Below, piece by piece: positions 21,726 to 32,245 of a stretch of DNA of 64,000 nucleotides (the stretch's first letter is position 1; each line of letters starts with the position of its first letter). The stretch lies in NCBI GenBank assembly GCA_948471115.1, contig CAOKRJ010000001.1:35999-99998 (forward strand), in the 5' to 3' direction. The DNA is from an uncultured Clostridium sp. (lineage in GTDB: Bacteria > Bacillota > Clostridia > TANB77 > CAG-508). The position numbers were made by a program, and so were the translations under genes. Below the pieces are notes generated by a model. The model ran no database searches, was not told the origin of the DNA, and worked only from the letters and a program-made list of their open reading frames with translations.

Positions 21726-22655
21726 ATGAATATAGATAAAAAAATAGCCACAAGACAAAGTTATGGAGAAGCAGTAGCCGAACTTGGAGAAAGAAATGAA
21801 AATATAGTAGTATTAGATGCAGATTTATCAGAGGCAACGAAAACATGTATATTTGCAAAAAAATTTCCCAATAGATTTTTTGAAATGGGAATATCAGAAC
21901 AAGATATGTTATCCACAGCAGCTGGATTAGCAGCAAGTGGATTAACAGCATATGCCAGTACTTTTGCCATATTTGCAACAGGAAGAGCATATGACCAAAT
22001 AAGAAATAGTATATGTTATCCAAAATTAAATGTTAAAATATGTGCGACACATGCAGGAGTCACAGTAGGGGAAGACGGTGCAACACATCAAATGCTAGAA
22101 GATATTAACTTAATGAGAGGTTTACCAAATATGAAAGTTATGAGTGTTTCAGATGACACACAAACAAGATGGGCAGTAGAGGAAATTGCAAAAACAAATG
22201 GACCAGTATATTTAAGATTAGGAAGATATGCAACACCAGTAATATATGATGAAAATCAAAAATTTGAAATTGGAAAAGGAATACAAATAGGAGATGGTAC
22301 AGATGCAACTGTAATTGCAACAGGTATTTGTGTATCAGAAGCTATAATAGCGCAAGAACAATTAAAACAGGAAGGAATAAATATAAGAGTTGTAGATATT
22401 CATACAATAAAACCAATAGATAGAGAATTAATTGTAAAATGTGCAAAAGAAACCAAAAAGATAATAACAATAGAAGACCACAGTATAATAGGTGGATTAG
22501 GAACTGCTGTTTGTGAGGTTCTATCAGAGGAATATCCAACAAAAGTTATAAGAATGGGAGTAAATGATACATTTGGCACATCTGCACCTGCAAAAGAACT
22601 AGTAGAATATTTTAAACTTGATTCAAAGGCAATAATTGAAATGATAAAAAAATAA
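21726..22655 (+). CDS. transketolase, C-terminal (pyrimidine-binding) subunit
   Basis: QSYGEAVAELGERNENIVVLDADL, followed by the transketolase C-terminal domain. Confidence 0.9.
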   Translation: MNIDKKIATRQSYGEAVAELGERNENIVVLDADLSEATKTCIFAKKFPNRFFEMGISEQDMLSTAAGLAASGLTAYASTFAIFATGRAYDQIRNSICYPKLNVKICATHAGVTVGEDGATHQMLEDINLMRGLPNMKVMSVSDDTQTRWAVEEIAKTNGPVYLRLGRYATPVIYDENQKFEIGKGIQIGDGTDATVIATGICVSEAIIAQEQLKQEGINIRVVDIHTIKPIDRELIVKCAKETKKIITIEDHSIIGGLGTAVCEVLSEEYPTKVIRMGVNDTFGTSAPAKELVEYFKLDSKAIIEMIKK

Positions 22656-22690
22656 AAAAATCATCCTTTGGATGATTTTTTTATGCTGAT
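22656..22690. terminator. bidirectional intrinsic terminator
   Basis: AAAAAAATCATCC-tttg-GGATGATTTTTTT, flanked by A/T runs on both sides and lying between convergent genes. Confidence 0.7.
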
Positions 22691-23004
22691 TTTTGACGTA
22701 TTATAATTGCAATTCCAAGTAAAATCAATATAATTCCGATAGCACATAATACAATATTTATCATATCAGATACTGTCAAAGAATCTAATGCACTTTCAGA
22801 ATTATTAGAAACAACTGCTGAAGATGAATTATTATTTGTATTAGTAGGAGCAGGAGAGTCATTTGAATTTCCATATGTAGTATTATCATTAGGCAAATCC
22901 ATATCAATACCTGAAGCATATACAGTAGAGATATAATTAAATGTTAATAATATAGCAAAAACAATAAATAATATTTTTATAATTCTTTTTATCAATAGTA
23001 TCAT
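22681..23004 (-). CDS. small secreted/anchored protein (signal peptide, Asn/Ser-rich middle, C-terminal TM plus basic tail)
   Basis: N-terminal hydrophobic signal ending VYASG, and a C-terminal IVLCAIGIILILLGIAIIIRQKSA. Confidence 0.4.
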   Translation of the reverse strand: MILLIKRIIKILFIVFAILLTFNYISTVYASGIDMDLPNDNTTYGNSNDSPAPTNTNNNSSSAVVSNNSESALDSLTVSDMINIVLCAIGIILILLGIAIIIRQKSA

Positions 23005-23218
23005 TCCTTTCTTACAATAAAAAGTCAGTTTTAAAAAGAAATTTTACACATATTTCATAAACTTTATGACTTTTAGGTTATCTTTTGCTAGTACATATAT
23101 ATGATACACAAAACAAAAATAAAAGTCAAGATATAAAATTAATTTTATAGTTGTACAAAATAATTAATAATGATATAATAAAGCAAATTAAAAATAGAAA
23201 TATAGAAGGAGAAGAAAG

Positions 23219-24121
23219 ATGGGATTAAAGCTAGAAAACGTTAAGAAAAGTTATGGAAACAAAACAGTAGTAGATAGTGTTTCATTGGAAATAGATAAAC
23301 CAAGTGTATTTGGGCTTCTTGGAACTAATGGAGCAGGAAAAACTACTACTATTAGAATGCTCTTAGGAATAATAAAAAAAGATTCTGGAGAAATAACATG
23401 GAATGGTAAAAAGGTAGAAAGAAAAAATGTAAATTTTGGATATTTACCAGAAGAAAGAGGAATATATCCAAAAACTAAAATCTATGAGCAATTATTATAT
23501 TTTGCTAAATTAAAAGGAATGGATAAAAAAGAAGCAGATATTTCTATAAAAAAATGGACAGAAAAACTAAAAGTGTCTGAATACTTAAATATGACAGCAG
23601 AAAAATTATCAAAAGGAAATCAACAAAAAATACAATTTATATCAGCAATATTGCATGAGCCAGAATTAATAGTTCTGGATGAACCTTTTAGTGGACTAGA
23701 CCCAGTAAACTCAGAACTATTAAAAAATGTAATACTTGATTTAGTTAACGAAGGAAGATATATAATAATGTCAAGTCATCAAATGACATCAATAGAAGAA
23801 TTTTGTACAGATTTATTAATACTAAATAGAGGAAAAACAGTACTAACAGGAAATCTAAAAGAAATAAAAGAAGGATATCCAGCAAATAGAATTAGTCTAA
23901 GTACAAAAGATAATGTAGATAAATACATAAATGAGTTAAATTTAGAAATATATAATAGCAAAGACAATGACTATGAGATTAAAATTCAAAACGAAGAACA
24001 AGGATATAAATTGTTTGATATATTAGCTAAAAATAACATAAAAGTATTAAAATTTGAAATAAAAAAACCATCATTAAATGATATATTTATAGAAAAAGTA
24101 GAGGAGGAAAAAATAAAATGA
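23219..24121 (+). CDS. ABC transporter ATP-binding protein
   Basis: Walker A GTNGAGKTT, the signature LSKGNQQK, and Walker B ILDEPFSGLD. Confidence 0.85.
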   Translation: MGLKLENVKKSYGNKTVVDSVSLEIDKPSVFGLLGTNGAGKTTTIRMLLGIIKKDSGEITWNGKKVERKNVNFGYLPEERGIYPKTKIYEQLLYFAKLKGMDKKEADISIKKWTEKLKVSEYLNMTAEKLSKGNQQKIQFISAILHEPELIVLDEPFSGLDPVNSELLKNVILDLVNEGRYIIMSSHQMTSIEEFCTDLLILNRGKTVLTGNLKEIKEGYPANRISLSTKDNVDKYINELNLEIYNSKDNDYEIKIQNEEQGYKLFDILAKNNIKVLKFEIKKPSLNDIFIEKVEEEKIK

Positions 24122-25353
24122 GAGATTTATTTGCAGTAGCAACATTTACTATGAAAGATTTACTTAAAAGAAAATCTTTTATAATATCAAATATAGTAAT
24201 ATGGGTAATAATAATAGCATTATTTAATGTACCCAATATATTAAAAATGGTAAATGGAGATGATGATGTATCTTCAAATCAAAAATTATTAATTGTTGAC
24301 AACAATAATGTATTTGAAGGTGCATTAGAAATATTAAAACAAAGCGAATTAGGGTATGATGTACAAATATCAAACGATGAATTAAGTTTTGACAATATCA
24401 AAGAAAAAATTGAAAATGGGGATATAAACCAAGCAATAATTATTAAATCAGAAAATAGAAACATAAATATAGAATATATTGTTCAAAACTTACTTTATGT
24501 TAGTGAAGTTCCAAAAGATATTGTAAGTTCACTATCTACGATTTATACTAATTTACAAATTTCAAAATTAAATTTAACATCACAACAATTAGAAAACATA
24601 ACTCCAAATTTTAATTTTGAAATGAAACAAACAGAAACACAAGAAGTTCAAGGAAATAATATTGTAATGATGTTATTATCTCTAGTTCTATTTTATGCAA
24701 TATATTTCTGTGCATATCAAGTCTCTACATCTATAACAACAGAAAAGACATCAAAGATAATAGAAACATTAGTTACATCAACAAATCCGAGAACAATAGT
24801 ATTAGGAAAGACTATAGGAATAGGAATTGTAGGATTAATACAAGTATTTGCAATGATAATAATAGCACTAATATCTAATAGTTTATTTTTAGAAGAAGGT
24901 ATACTAGATAAAATGATTAGTATTGAAAATTTAACTCCTTTCTTATTAATTATGACATTAGTATATTTCTTATTGGGATATTTTGCTTATGCTTTAATGT
25001 ATGCATTAACAGGTTCAACAGTAAGCAAACCAGAAGATGTGCAATCAGCAAATTCACCTGTTGCAATTCTTGCAGTTATAGGATTTTATTTAGCATATTT
25101 CACTATGATGAATCCAACAAGTGATTTAAATGTATTTGCTTCAATTTTTCCATTATCATCAGCATTTTGCATGCCATTTAGAATTATGATGGGAATAGCA
25201 ACAGCAAAAGAAATCATTTTATCTATATTAGTATTAATATTAACAATAATAATAATTGCAAGAATTTCTATTAAGATATATTCAAATGCAATATTAAACT
25301 ATGGTTCAAAGATAAATTTAAAAGATATTTTTAAATTTTATAAACAAAATTAG
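24118..25353 (+). CDS. ABC-2 family transporter permease
   Basis: The ATGA start overlaps the ATPase stop. It has one N-terminal TM helix, a large extracytoplasmic loop and five C-terminal TM helices. Confidence 0.7.
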   Translation: MRDLFAVATFTMKDLLKRKSFIISNIVIWVIIIALFNVPNILKMVNGDDDVSSNQKLLIVDNNNVFEGALEILKQSELGYDVQISNDELSFDNIKEKIENGDINQAIIIKSENRNINIEYIVQNLLYVSEVPKDIVSSLSTIYTNLQISKLNLTSQQLENITPNFNFEMKQTETQEVQGNNIVMMLLSLVLFYAIYFCAYQVSTSITTEKTSKIIETLVTSTNPRTIVLGKTIGIGIVGLIQVFAMIIIALISNSLFLEEGILDKMISIENLTPFLLIMTLVYFLLGYFAYALMYALTGSTVSKPEDVQSANSPVAILAVIGFYLAYFTMMNPTSDLNVFASIFPLSSAFCMPFRIMMGIATAKEIILSILVLILTIIIIARISIKIYSNAILNYGSKINLKDIFKFYKQN

Positions 25354-25516
25354 AGGTAATACACTATAGTGGAGCTCTTATTGCAATTTGTAAAACAAAA
25401 CTTACTGGGAATTATGCATATAAGACAATACCAAATTAAAATATTATATAAGCTAGACAAAAAGCGAGTTGTGTAGTATAATTGCTATAATATAAATAAA
25501 AGGAATGAAACTAAAC

Positions 25517-26422
25517 ATGGGTTTTTTTGATAAATTAAAACAAGGATTAAGTAAAACAAAATCTTCTTTTGATAGTAAAATGAATGATGTCTTTAGCACT
25601 TTTAGAAAAGTAGATGAGGAATTACTTGAAGAATTAGAAGAGATACTAATAATGTCAGATATTGGAATTGAAACATCTACAGACATAGTAGCAAAACTAA
25701 GAGATAGAATAAAAAAAGAAAACATAAAAGATGCAGAAATGGTAAAAGAAGCATTAAGAGAAGAAATGGTAAAAATTTTATCAGAAAATGATAATGAATT
25801 AAAATTAGAAACTAAACCTTCGGTAATATTAGTAGTTGGAGTAAATGGAGTTGGAAAAACAACCTCAATAGGAAAAATTGCTAATAATCTAAAAAAAGAA
25901 GGTAAAAAAGTAGTAATTGCAGCAGCAGATACATTTAGAGCAGCAGCAGTAGAACAACTTGAAATATGGGCAAATAGAGCAAACTGTGATATTATAAAAA
26001 GAAATGAAGGAACAGACCCAGCATCTGTAATTTTCGATGCAATAAAAATAGCAAAAGAAAATAACGCAGATGTACTAATTTGTGATACAGCAGGTAGACT
26101 TCATAATAAAAAATATTTAATGGACGAGCTACTTAAAATAGAAAAAGTGGTAGAAAAGGAATTACCAGAAGCAACAAAAGAGGTATTACTTGTATTAGAT
26201 GCAACTACAGGTCAAAATGCAATTCAACAAGTAAAAGCATTCAAAGAAACTACACCATTAACAGGTATTGTATTAACTAAGTTAGATGGAACTGCAAAAG
26301 GTGGAGTAGTACTTGGAATTGTTAATGAGAATAAGATACCAGTTAAATTTATTGGTATAGGAGAGCAGATAGAGGATATGGAGAGGTTTAATGCAGAAGA
26401 TTTTGCAAAAGCCATAATATAA
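25517..26422 (+). CDS. ftsY: signal recognition particle receptor FtsY
   Basis: MGFFDKLKQGLSKT N-terminus, NG domain GVNGVGKTTSIGK, DTAGR and TKLDGTAKGG. An alternative upstream ATG is at 25505. Confidence 0.9.
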   Translation: MGFFDKLKQGLSKTKSSFDSKMNDVFSTFRKVDEELLEELEEILIMSDIGIETSTDIVAKLRDRIKKENIKDAEMVKEALREEMVKILSENDNELKLETKPSVILVVGVNGVGKTTSIGKIANNLKKEGKKVVIAAADTFRAAAVEQLEIWANRANCDIIKRNEGTDPASVIFDAIKIAKENNADVLICDTAGRLHNKKYLMDELLKIEKVVEKELPEATKEVLLVLDATTGQNAIQQVKAFKETTPLTGIVLTKLDGTAKGGVVLGIVNENKIPVKFIGIGEQIEDMERFNAEDFAKAII

Positions 26423-26427
26423 AGTTC

Positions 26428-26542
26428 AAAAATAATTGCCCTTTAGCGTTGTTACTGCTCTGTCGATTTCCATTCAACGTACATTAGTACATCTCATGGA
26501 ATATCGTCTTTGCGTGCCTAGCAAAGAACAATTATTTTCGAA
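26428..26542 (+). other. relatively GC-rich structured leader upstream of the UPF0182 gene
   Basis: Flanking inverted repeat AAAAATAATTG ... CAATTATTTT (11 of 12) closes about 115 nt containing the CTTTGC-gtgcctag-GCAAAG hairpin. GC content is visibly above the surrounding intergenic sequence. Confidence 0.25.
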
Positions 26543-26570
26543 CTAATAAGAATAGAGAAGGGAGTTTAAT

Positions 26571-29423
26571 ATGGAGAAAGAAGAAATAGAATCAGAAGTT
26601 ATAGAAAAAGAAAAAAGCCCTAAAAAGAAAAAGGGAAAATGGAAATTAATTTTAGTATTAATTGTAACTATTATTTTTGCAATATATTCATATGTAAATT
26701 ATAGAGCTCAATTCCTTGAAATATCAGAAATAGGGGAAGAATACATAGAAATATATAATCAAAACAATACATATTTAAAATATATAGCATTAGTTAATTT
26801 TGTTATTATATTCATAAGTGTTTTCATAACAAATATTATTATAAAAAGAGGATTAAAAAAGTTTTTCCTACAAGAAGGAAAACCGATACCAAAACTTGCA
26901 AATAAAAGTTTAGCTTTTATAATAGCATTAATTGTATCCATACTTACATCAAGTTGGCTATTAAAAACAACAATGTCAGTTATTAATGCTACACAATTTA
27001 ATATAACAGACCCAATATTTAATTCAGATGTTAGCTTTTATATGTTCCAAAAACCATTTATAGAAATGATATTATACTATTTTATAGTTTTATTTATAGG
27101 GTTAGCCATTTATACAGGAATATATTATATAATATCATTTAATATATTTTTTGAATCAATTGATGGAAAAATGTTAAGGGGAAGTTCATTTATTAAGCAA
27201 CTATTAACATATGCAATGTTAATTATAATAGGGATAGCAATGTTAGTTATTGTAAAAACACAAGGAATTATATTTAATAGTTTCTTAAACTTAAATGATA
27301 AAGAAGGAACACTAATAAATGGTGCAGGACTAACAGAAAGATATATAGAGGTATGGGGATATAGAATATTAGCTATTGTAATGGTAATAGCTGTATATAT
27401 GGCTATAAAGGCATTTAATAGAAGGCAATCAAGAAAAATAATAGTTAGTTTATTATCTGTACCAGCATATTTAGTAATAATGTTTATAGTAATGCTAGGA
27501 TATCAAGTGGTATATGTAAAACAAAATGAATTAGACAAGCAAAAAGAATACATATCTAAAAATATTGAATTTACAAAAACTGCTTACAATATTAATGTAG
27601 AAGATATAAATATAGAAAATACAGATACATTATCATCTGAGGAAGCAAATAAATATCATAATGTGATAGAAAATATACCAATAGTAAATTCAGAAATTGT
27701 ATTGTCAACTTTAACAGAAAAACAAGATAAAACAGGATATTATCTTTATAATTATACAAGACCAACATTATATAATTCAAAATTAGCATATGTTTCTGCA
27801 AGAGAAATATCAAATGAAAGTAGAACAGATAATAATAAAACATATGAATATACACATGGATATGGAGCAGTTGTTACATCAGCTTCAGAAGTAGATGAAA
27901 GTGGAAACTTATTATACTTATCAAATGATTTTAATGATACAAATAAAATCAAACAACCAAGAATTTATTATGGGCTAAGAACAAATGATACAGTAGTTAT
28001 AAATAATAATTATAAAGAAGTAGATTATCCTATAAGCTCAACACAAAACGCAGAAACAAAATATGAAGGTGAAGGAGGACTAAAAGCTGAATTTTTAGAT
28101 AGATTAATTTTAGGAATTAAGCAAAAAAAACCAAAATTAGCATTTGAAAGTAGTGATAGTTCAATATTAATAAATAGAAATATAGTAGGAAGAGCACAAA
28201 AAGTTATGCCACATTTACTATATGATGATGAACCATATTTAGTAATAACAGATTCAGGAGAATTAGTTTGGGTATTAGATGCATATACAATATCTAATCA
28301 ATATCCATATTCTCAATCAACTACTATTGAGCAAAATGGTGGAAGGCATACATTAAACTATATAAGAAATTCTGTAAAAGTATTAATAAATGCTTATGGC
28401 GGAAATATAGACTTTTATTTAACAGATAGAACAGACCCAATTATAATGGCATATAATAATATGTATCCAACATTATTTAAGGATGCAGCAGAGATTCCAG
28501 AAGATATATCAAGACAATTTGTATACTCAAGATTACTATATTCAATACAATCAAATATATTAAGAATGTATCATAATGTATCAACAGATATATTATATAG
28601 AGGGGATGATGTATGGGAACCAGCAATGTATTCAACATCAACTACAACAACTGCTGGAGAAAGTATGTATCCATATTATACACTTTTAAAAACAACTGAT
28701 TCAGACAAAGAACAATTAGGAATTGTATTACCATATACATTACATGGAAAACAAAGCATAACATCATATTTAGTAGGAACAGCAAATGGAACAGATACAA
28801 AATTAACAATGTATAAATTTTCTCAAGATAGTAATATATTAGGACCATTACAACTAAATAATATGTTAAGTCAAAATAAAACAATATCAAGTGAAATATC
28901 TACATTAAGTGTAACTGGTACTAGATTAATAAAAAATATGATAATAGTGCCAATAGAAAATAAATTATTATATGTAGTACCAATATATCAGCTTTCATTA
29001 AATGAAACACAAAGTACACCAATATTAAAGAAAGTAGTAGTAGCTTCAGGAACTAAAGTTGCAATAGGTGATAACTTAAAAGAAGCATTAACAAATTTAT
29101 TATCATCAAAAAAATCAGTTGAAATCGAGGTTGAAAATACAGATACAGTAGATGAATTAATAAATTCTATTATAAAGGCAAATCATAATTTGTATGACTC
29201 AAGTAATATTACAAATTGGGAACAAATGGGGAAAGACATTACAAAATTACAAGATTTAATTAAACAACTAGAAACATTAAAAGAAGAGGAAGCTAAAGAA
29301 AAGGCAAAAGACAAAACTAATAATAATGATGATAAAGAAGACGATAAAGATTATGATGAAGAAGATGATAAAGATTATGGAGAAGAAGACGATAGCGATA
29401 AAAATAACACAATAGAAGATTAA
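26571..29423 (+). CDS. UPF0182 family large membrane protein
   Basis: 950 aa with about 7 N-terminal TM helices and a large extracytoplasmic domain. This architecture and length are typical of UPF0182. The C-terminal tail is an acidic DDKDY repeat. Confidence 0.7.
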   Translation: MEKEEIESEVIEKEKSPKKKKGKWKLILVLIVTIIFAIYSYVNYRAQFLEISEIGEEYIEIYNQNNTYLKYIALVNFVIIFISVFITNIIIKRGLKKFFLQEGKPIPKLANKSLAFIIALIVSILTSSWLLKTTMSVINATQFNITDPIFNSDVSFYMFQKPFIEMILYYFIVLFIGLAIYTGIYYIISFNIFFESIDGKMLRGSSFIKQLLTYAMLIIIGIAMLVIVKTQGIIFNSFLNLNDKEGTLINGAGLTERYIEVWGYRILAIVMVIAVYMAIKAFNRRQSRKIIVSLLSVPAYLVIMFIVMLGYQVVYVKQNELDKQKEYISKNIEFTKTAYNINVEDINIENTDTLSSEEANKYHNVIENIPIVNSEIVLSTLTEKQDKTGYYLYNYTRPTLYNSKLAYVSAREISNESRTDNNKTYEYTHGYGAVVTSASEVDESGNLLYLSNDFNDTNKIKQPRIYYGLRTNDTVVINNNYKEVDYPISSTQNAETKYEGEGGLKAEFLDRLILGIKQKKPKLAFESSDSSILINRNIVGRAQKVMPHLLYDDEPYLVITDSGELVWVLDAYTISNQYPYSQSTTIEQNGGRHTLNYIRNSVKVLINAYGGNIDFYLTDRTDPIIMAYNNMYPTLFKDAAEIPEDISRQFVYSRLLYSIQSNILRMYHNVSTDILYRGDDVWEPAMYSTSTTTTAGESMYPYYTLLKTTDSDKEQLGIVLPYTLHGKQSITSYLVGTANGTDTKLTMYKFSQDSNILGPLQLNNMLSQNKTISSEISTLSVTGTRLIKNMIIVPIENKLLYVVPIYQLSLNETQSTPILKKVVVASGTKVAIGDNLKEALTNLLSSKKSVEIEVENTDTVDELINSIIKANHNLYDSSNITNWEQMGKDITKLQDLIKQLETLKEEEAKEKAKDKTNNNDDKEDDKDYDEEDDKDYGEEDDSDKNNTIED

Positions 29424-29430
29424 AAATTAA

Positions 29431-29465
29431 TATATCTCATGCAAAAAAGCATGAGATGTATTAAT
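29431..29465 (+). terminator. intrinsic terminator after the UPF0182 gene
   Basis: TCTCATGC-aaaaaa-GCATGAGA hairpin followed by a T-rich stretch. Confidence 0.6.
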
Positions 29466-29502
29466 TTACAAAAAAGTGTAAATTATAAAGATAGGTGATT
29501 TA

Positions 29503-29793
29503 ATGGAAATGAATGAAAAATTATTAAAAGGATTAGAGAAAAATATTGAAAATTTAAATAATAATCTCACTAAAAATAATATAATAGAATTAAGTGAGAT
29601 TATAGGAAATTGGAAGAAATTAATATGGAGAAATTTTATATCTGGGATTGCAAAGGGAGTAGGGATAGGAATAGGATTTTCAATTGTTACAGCGATAATT
29701 ATAATTATTCTTCAAAGGATAATTACTTTAAATATACCAGTTATAAGTCAATATATTGCTGATATTATAGAAATTGTACAACTAAATAGATAA
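29503..29793 (+). CDS. small hypothetical protein with C-terminal TM helix
   Basis: 96 aa. Contains the GIAKGVGIGIGFSIVTAIIIIIL hydrophobic segment. Confidence 0.4.
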   Translation: MEMNEKLLKGLEKNIENLNNNLTKNNIIELSEIIGNWKKLIWRNFISGIAKGVGIGIGFSIVTAIIIIILQRIITLNIPVISQYIADIIEIVQLNR

Positions 29794-30651
29794 TTAAACT
29801 GGATTTACATGAACAATTGCATCATAAATCTTATCCAGTTTTTTTATATCATGTTCTAAATCGTCAGCTAATTTATGACTTTGAAATGTAGAGATATTTC
29901 CATCTACACATATAGTTATAAATACTATATATTTATATCCAACAGGAGCAGAAGCTATTTCCTCAATACCTTTTATGTTATCATAAGTATGTGAAAGCTC
30001 AACAATCATATCTTTAGTAATCTCATCAACAGAAGTATCCATAAGAACATTATATGCTTCTAAGAAAATTACACTTCCTGAGTAGAAAATCCAAAGTGAA
30101 ATTCCAATTCCGACAGCTCCATCAACCCAATATATTCCATATAAACCAAATATAATAGATACTAATGTGCATATTGTTACAATACAATCATTTTTATGAT
30201 CCTGCATACTTGATTTAATTAAAATACTATCATGTAATTTATATAATTTTCTAGTATAGAGAAATAGGGAAAACTTAACAATAATAGTGATAATACAAAC
30301 AATTATAAGGAATACAGAAAAATTGAAATTAGAACCAAAGATAAGTGAATTAGCAGAATCCCATAATAATTTAAAAGCTACAAATATCATAGAAATACTT
30401 ATAAACATTGAAAATAAATATTCTGCTTTTCCATGTCCAAAATTATGGTCATTATCTTTAGGAGCTTTAGCTATTCTATTTCCTATAGTAGTCATAAAAG
30501 AAGCAAAAATATCTCCAGCACTATTAGCAGCATCAGCAAGCATAGCTTGACTATGACAAATAAAACCAATTATAAACTTTATAGTAAGCAAAAAAATATT
30601 ACCAGTAATTCCTACAATACCAACACGTTTAATTGAATCCTCACGAGTCAT
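29794..30651 (-). CDS. cation diffusion facilitator (CDF) family metal efflux transporter
   Basis: GIVGITGNIFLLTIKFIIG...HSQAMLADAANSAGD...DHNFGHGKAEY are CDF signatures. The start is set at the internal Met (MTREDSIKR), which has an AGGAAGAAGGA RBS; the ORF opens at 30741. Confidence 0.8.
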   Translation of the reverse strand: MTREDSIKRVGIVGITGNIFLLTIKFIIGFICHSQAMLADAANSAGDIFASFMTTIGNRIAKAPKDNDHNFGHGKAEYLFSMFISISMIFVAFKLLWDSANSLIFGSNFNFSVFLIIVCIITIIVKFSLFLYTRKLYKLHDSILIKSSMQDHKNDCIVTICTLVSIIFGLYGIYWVDGAVGIGISLWIFYSGSVIFLEAYNVLMDTSVDEITKDMIVELSHTYDNIKGIEEIASAPVGYKYIVFITICVDGNISTFQSHKLADDLEHDIKKLDKIYDAIVHVNPV

Positions 30652-30682
30652 ATAATCAAATCCTTCTTCCTTATAAAATAAT

Positions 30683-31192
30683 CTATTTATGTAAAAATGT
30701 TTTTTCAACATATAATTTATTTGCAAAAGACTGAACAACATTTTTCAAAAGATATTTTTCTTCAGTCATATTATCATCATCAGTATACTGTTTACCAGCA
30801 AAAGTTAAAGCAGTAGCCTTTTCTAACGCAATACAAAACTCATCATAAGCATTATTTATTTTTGTAGTCTTAATTGCAAGATTAATAAGTTCATTTATAT
30901 CATTTATACTATATATCTGTTTCAAAGTACAAATAACAAATAAAGTAGCAATATGAGTCTTTTTATACTTTTTCTTTTTAGGTGCTTTTAAAAGACCAGC
31001 CTTAACATAATTATTTATCATAGTTTTAGTAATTATCTTTTCATCTTTATTTCCAATATAATTTTGTAAATAAGTTTCAAGCAAAGTAACAGTTTGGTCT
31101 AAATATAAATCCAGATTAGGAAGTTCGTTCCATCTAGGAATATGAAAATTTGAAATATCATTTTTTTTATTATTACTCTTATTAGTACTCAT
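30683..31192 (-). CDS. hypothetical protein (possibly DUF1836-like) upstream of the CDF transporter
   Basis: Conserved-looking IPRWNELPNLDLYLDQ N-terminal region. Co-oriented with, and 31 nt upstream of, the CDF gene. Confidence 0.4.
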   Translation of the reverse strand: MSTNKSNNKKNDISNFHIPRWNELPNLDLYLDQTVTLLETYLQNYIGNKDEKIITKTMINNYVKAGLLKAPKKKKYKKTHIATLFVICTLKQIYSINDINELINLAIKTTKINNAYDEFCIALEKATALTFAGKQYTDDDNMTEEKYLLKNVVQSFANKLYVEKTFLHK

Positions 31193-31216
31193 ATATGATA
31201 AAACTCCTTTCAAATG

Positions 31217-31372
31217 TTAAATTGTTATATACATTTTTCCATCTTCAAAATGAATTTCCTTAGTATCAAAATCTCCATATAGGGAATAAGCATCTTCAAT
31301 TTTACCAGAAAAAATTTTTTCCTCATTTTGAAAAATATCTACATCTAATAATCTAATTTCTTTAACTTTCAT
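31217..31372 (-). CDS. small ORF (51 aa) with strong RBS
   Basis: GGAGG sits 8 nt before the ATG. Translation is MKVKEIRLLDVDIFQNEEKIFSGKIEDAYSLYGDFDTKEIHFEDGKMYITI. It is first in the co-oriented run with the two genes above. Confidence 0.3.
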   Translation of the reverse strand: MKVKEIRLLDVDIFQNEEKIFSGKIEDAYSLYGDFDTKEIHFEDGKMYITI

Positions 31373-31605
31373 TATATAAAACCTCCAATATAGCATTTAT
31401 AGTCTATTCAAAATATTATTAAAACCGTCTAAAATGCGAAAAGTAAGAATAAGAATCAGGTCGTATGGAAATTATATAATAAAAAATAAATAAAATCAAC
31501 TTTTTAAAAATGGGAATGCAAATGGATATTTTTGTAAAAGAATTTTTTTACTATAATTTTGATTCAAAGGTATTGATAAACTATAAAAGATGATATAAAA
31601 TACAT

Positions 31606-32202
31606 ATGGTGATAATTGTGGAAAAAGGGTATAAAATTACATTAAAAAATACAATAAAACACTTTAATACAATAAATAAGCATAGATGGATTGTATTCAA
31701 ATTATGCTGTAGAGCTGGAATACCTTGGAGAGGACTAGTACATGATTTATCCAAATATTCATGGTTAGAATTTTGGGATTCAGTAAGATATTATCAAGGG
31801 GGAAAGAAAAGTCCAATTCCAATACAAAAAGAAATAGAAGGATTTTCTAAAGTTTGGTTACATCATAGAGCAAGAAACAAACATCATTCGGCATATTGGT
31901 ATGATTTAAGAGCGCCAATAAAAATGCCTATAATTCCATACAAATATACAGTTGAAATGATTTGCGATAAAATCTCTGCATCAATTGTATATACAGGAAA
32001 AGAGTGGACAAAAGATACAGAATTGCAATATTGGAAAAATAAAGAACGTGATGTAGAACCAATAAATGAAAGCGTAAAAAAAGTTTTTGATGAAGTATTT
32101 TTGCAAATAAGTAAAGAAGGTATTAACAAAACAATAACCTCAAAAAATTTAAAGACAATATATAATAAATATTGTAAAATCGATAAAGAAAGTCGCAGTT
32201 AA
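31606..32202 (+). CDS. hypothetical protein (conserved WRGLVHDLSKYSWLEF region)
   Basis: 198 aa soluble protein with no identifiable catalytic motif. Confidence 0.4.
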   Translation: MVIIVEKGYKITLKNTIKHFNTINKHRWIVFKLCCRAGIPWRGLVHDLSKYSWLEFWDSVRYYQGGKKSPIPIQKEIEGFSKVWLHHRARNKHHSAYWYDLRAPIKMPIIPYKYTVEMICDKISASIVYTGKEWTKDTELQYWKNKERDVEPINESVKKVFDEVFLQISKEGINKTITSKNLKTIYNKYCKIDKESRS

Positions 32203-32245
32203 ATTCTAATTAACTGTGACTCTATTTTTGGAAGGGAAATATAAG

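Noticed and set aside
20851-22655. Transketolase split into two ORFs as a pseudogene
   Set aside because: Split N- and C-terminal transketolase subunits with separate RBSs are a normal, widespread arrangement in Clostridia and archaea. Both halves are intact and in different cistrons by design.
26428-26542. SRP RNA (ffs) or 6S RNA next to ftsY
   Set aside because: No SRP domain IV signature (GGAAG...CAGCC-type symmetric loop) was found. The length and structure fit neither.
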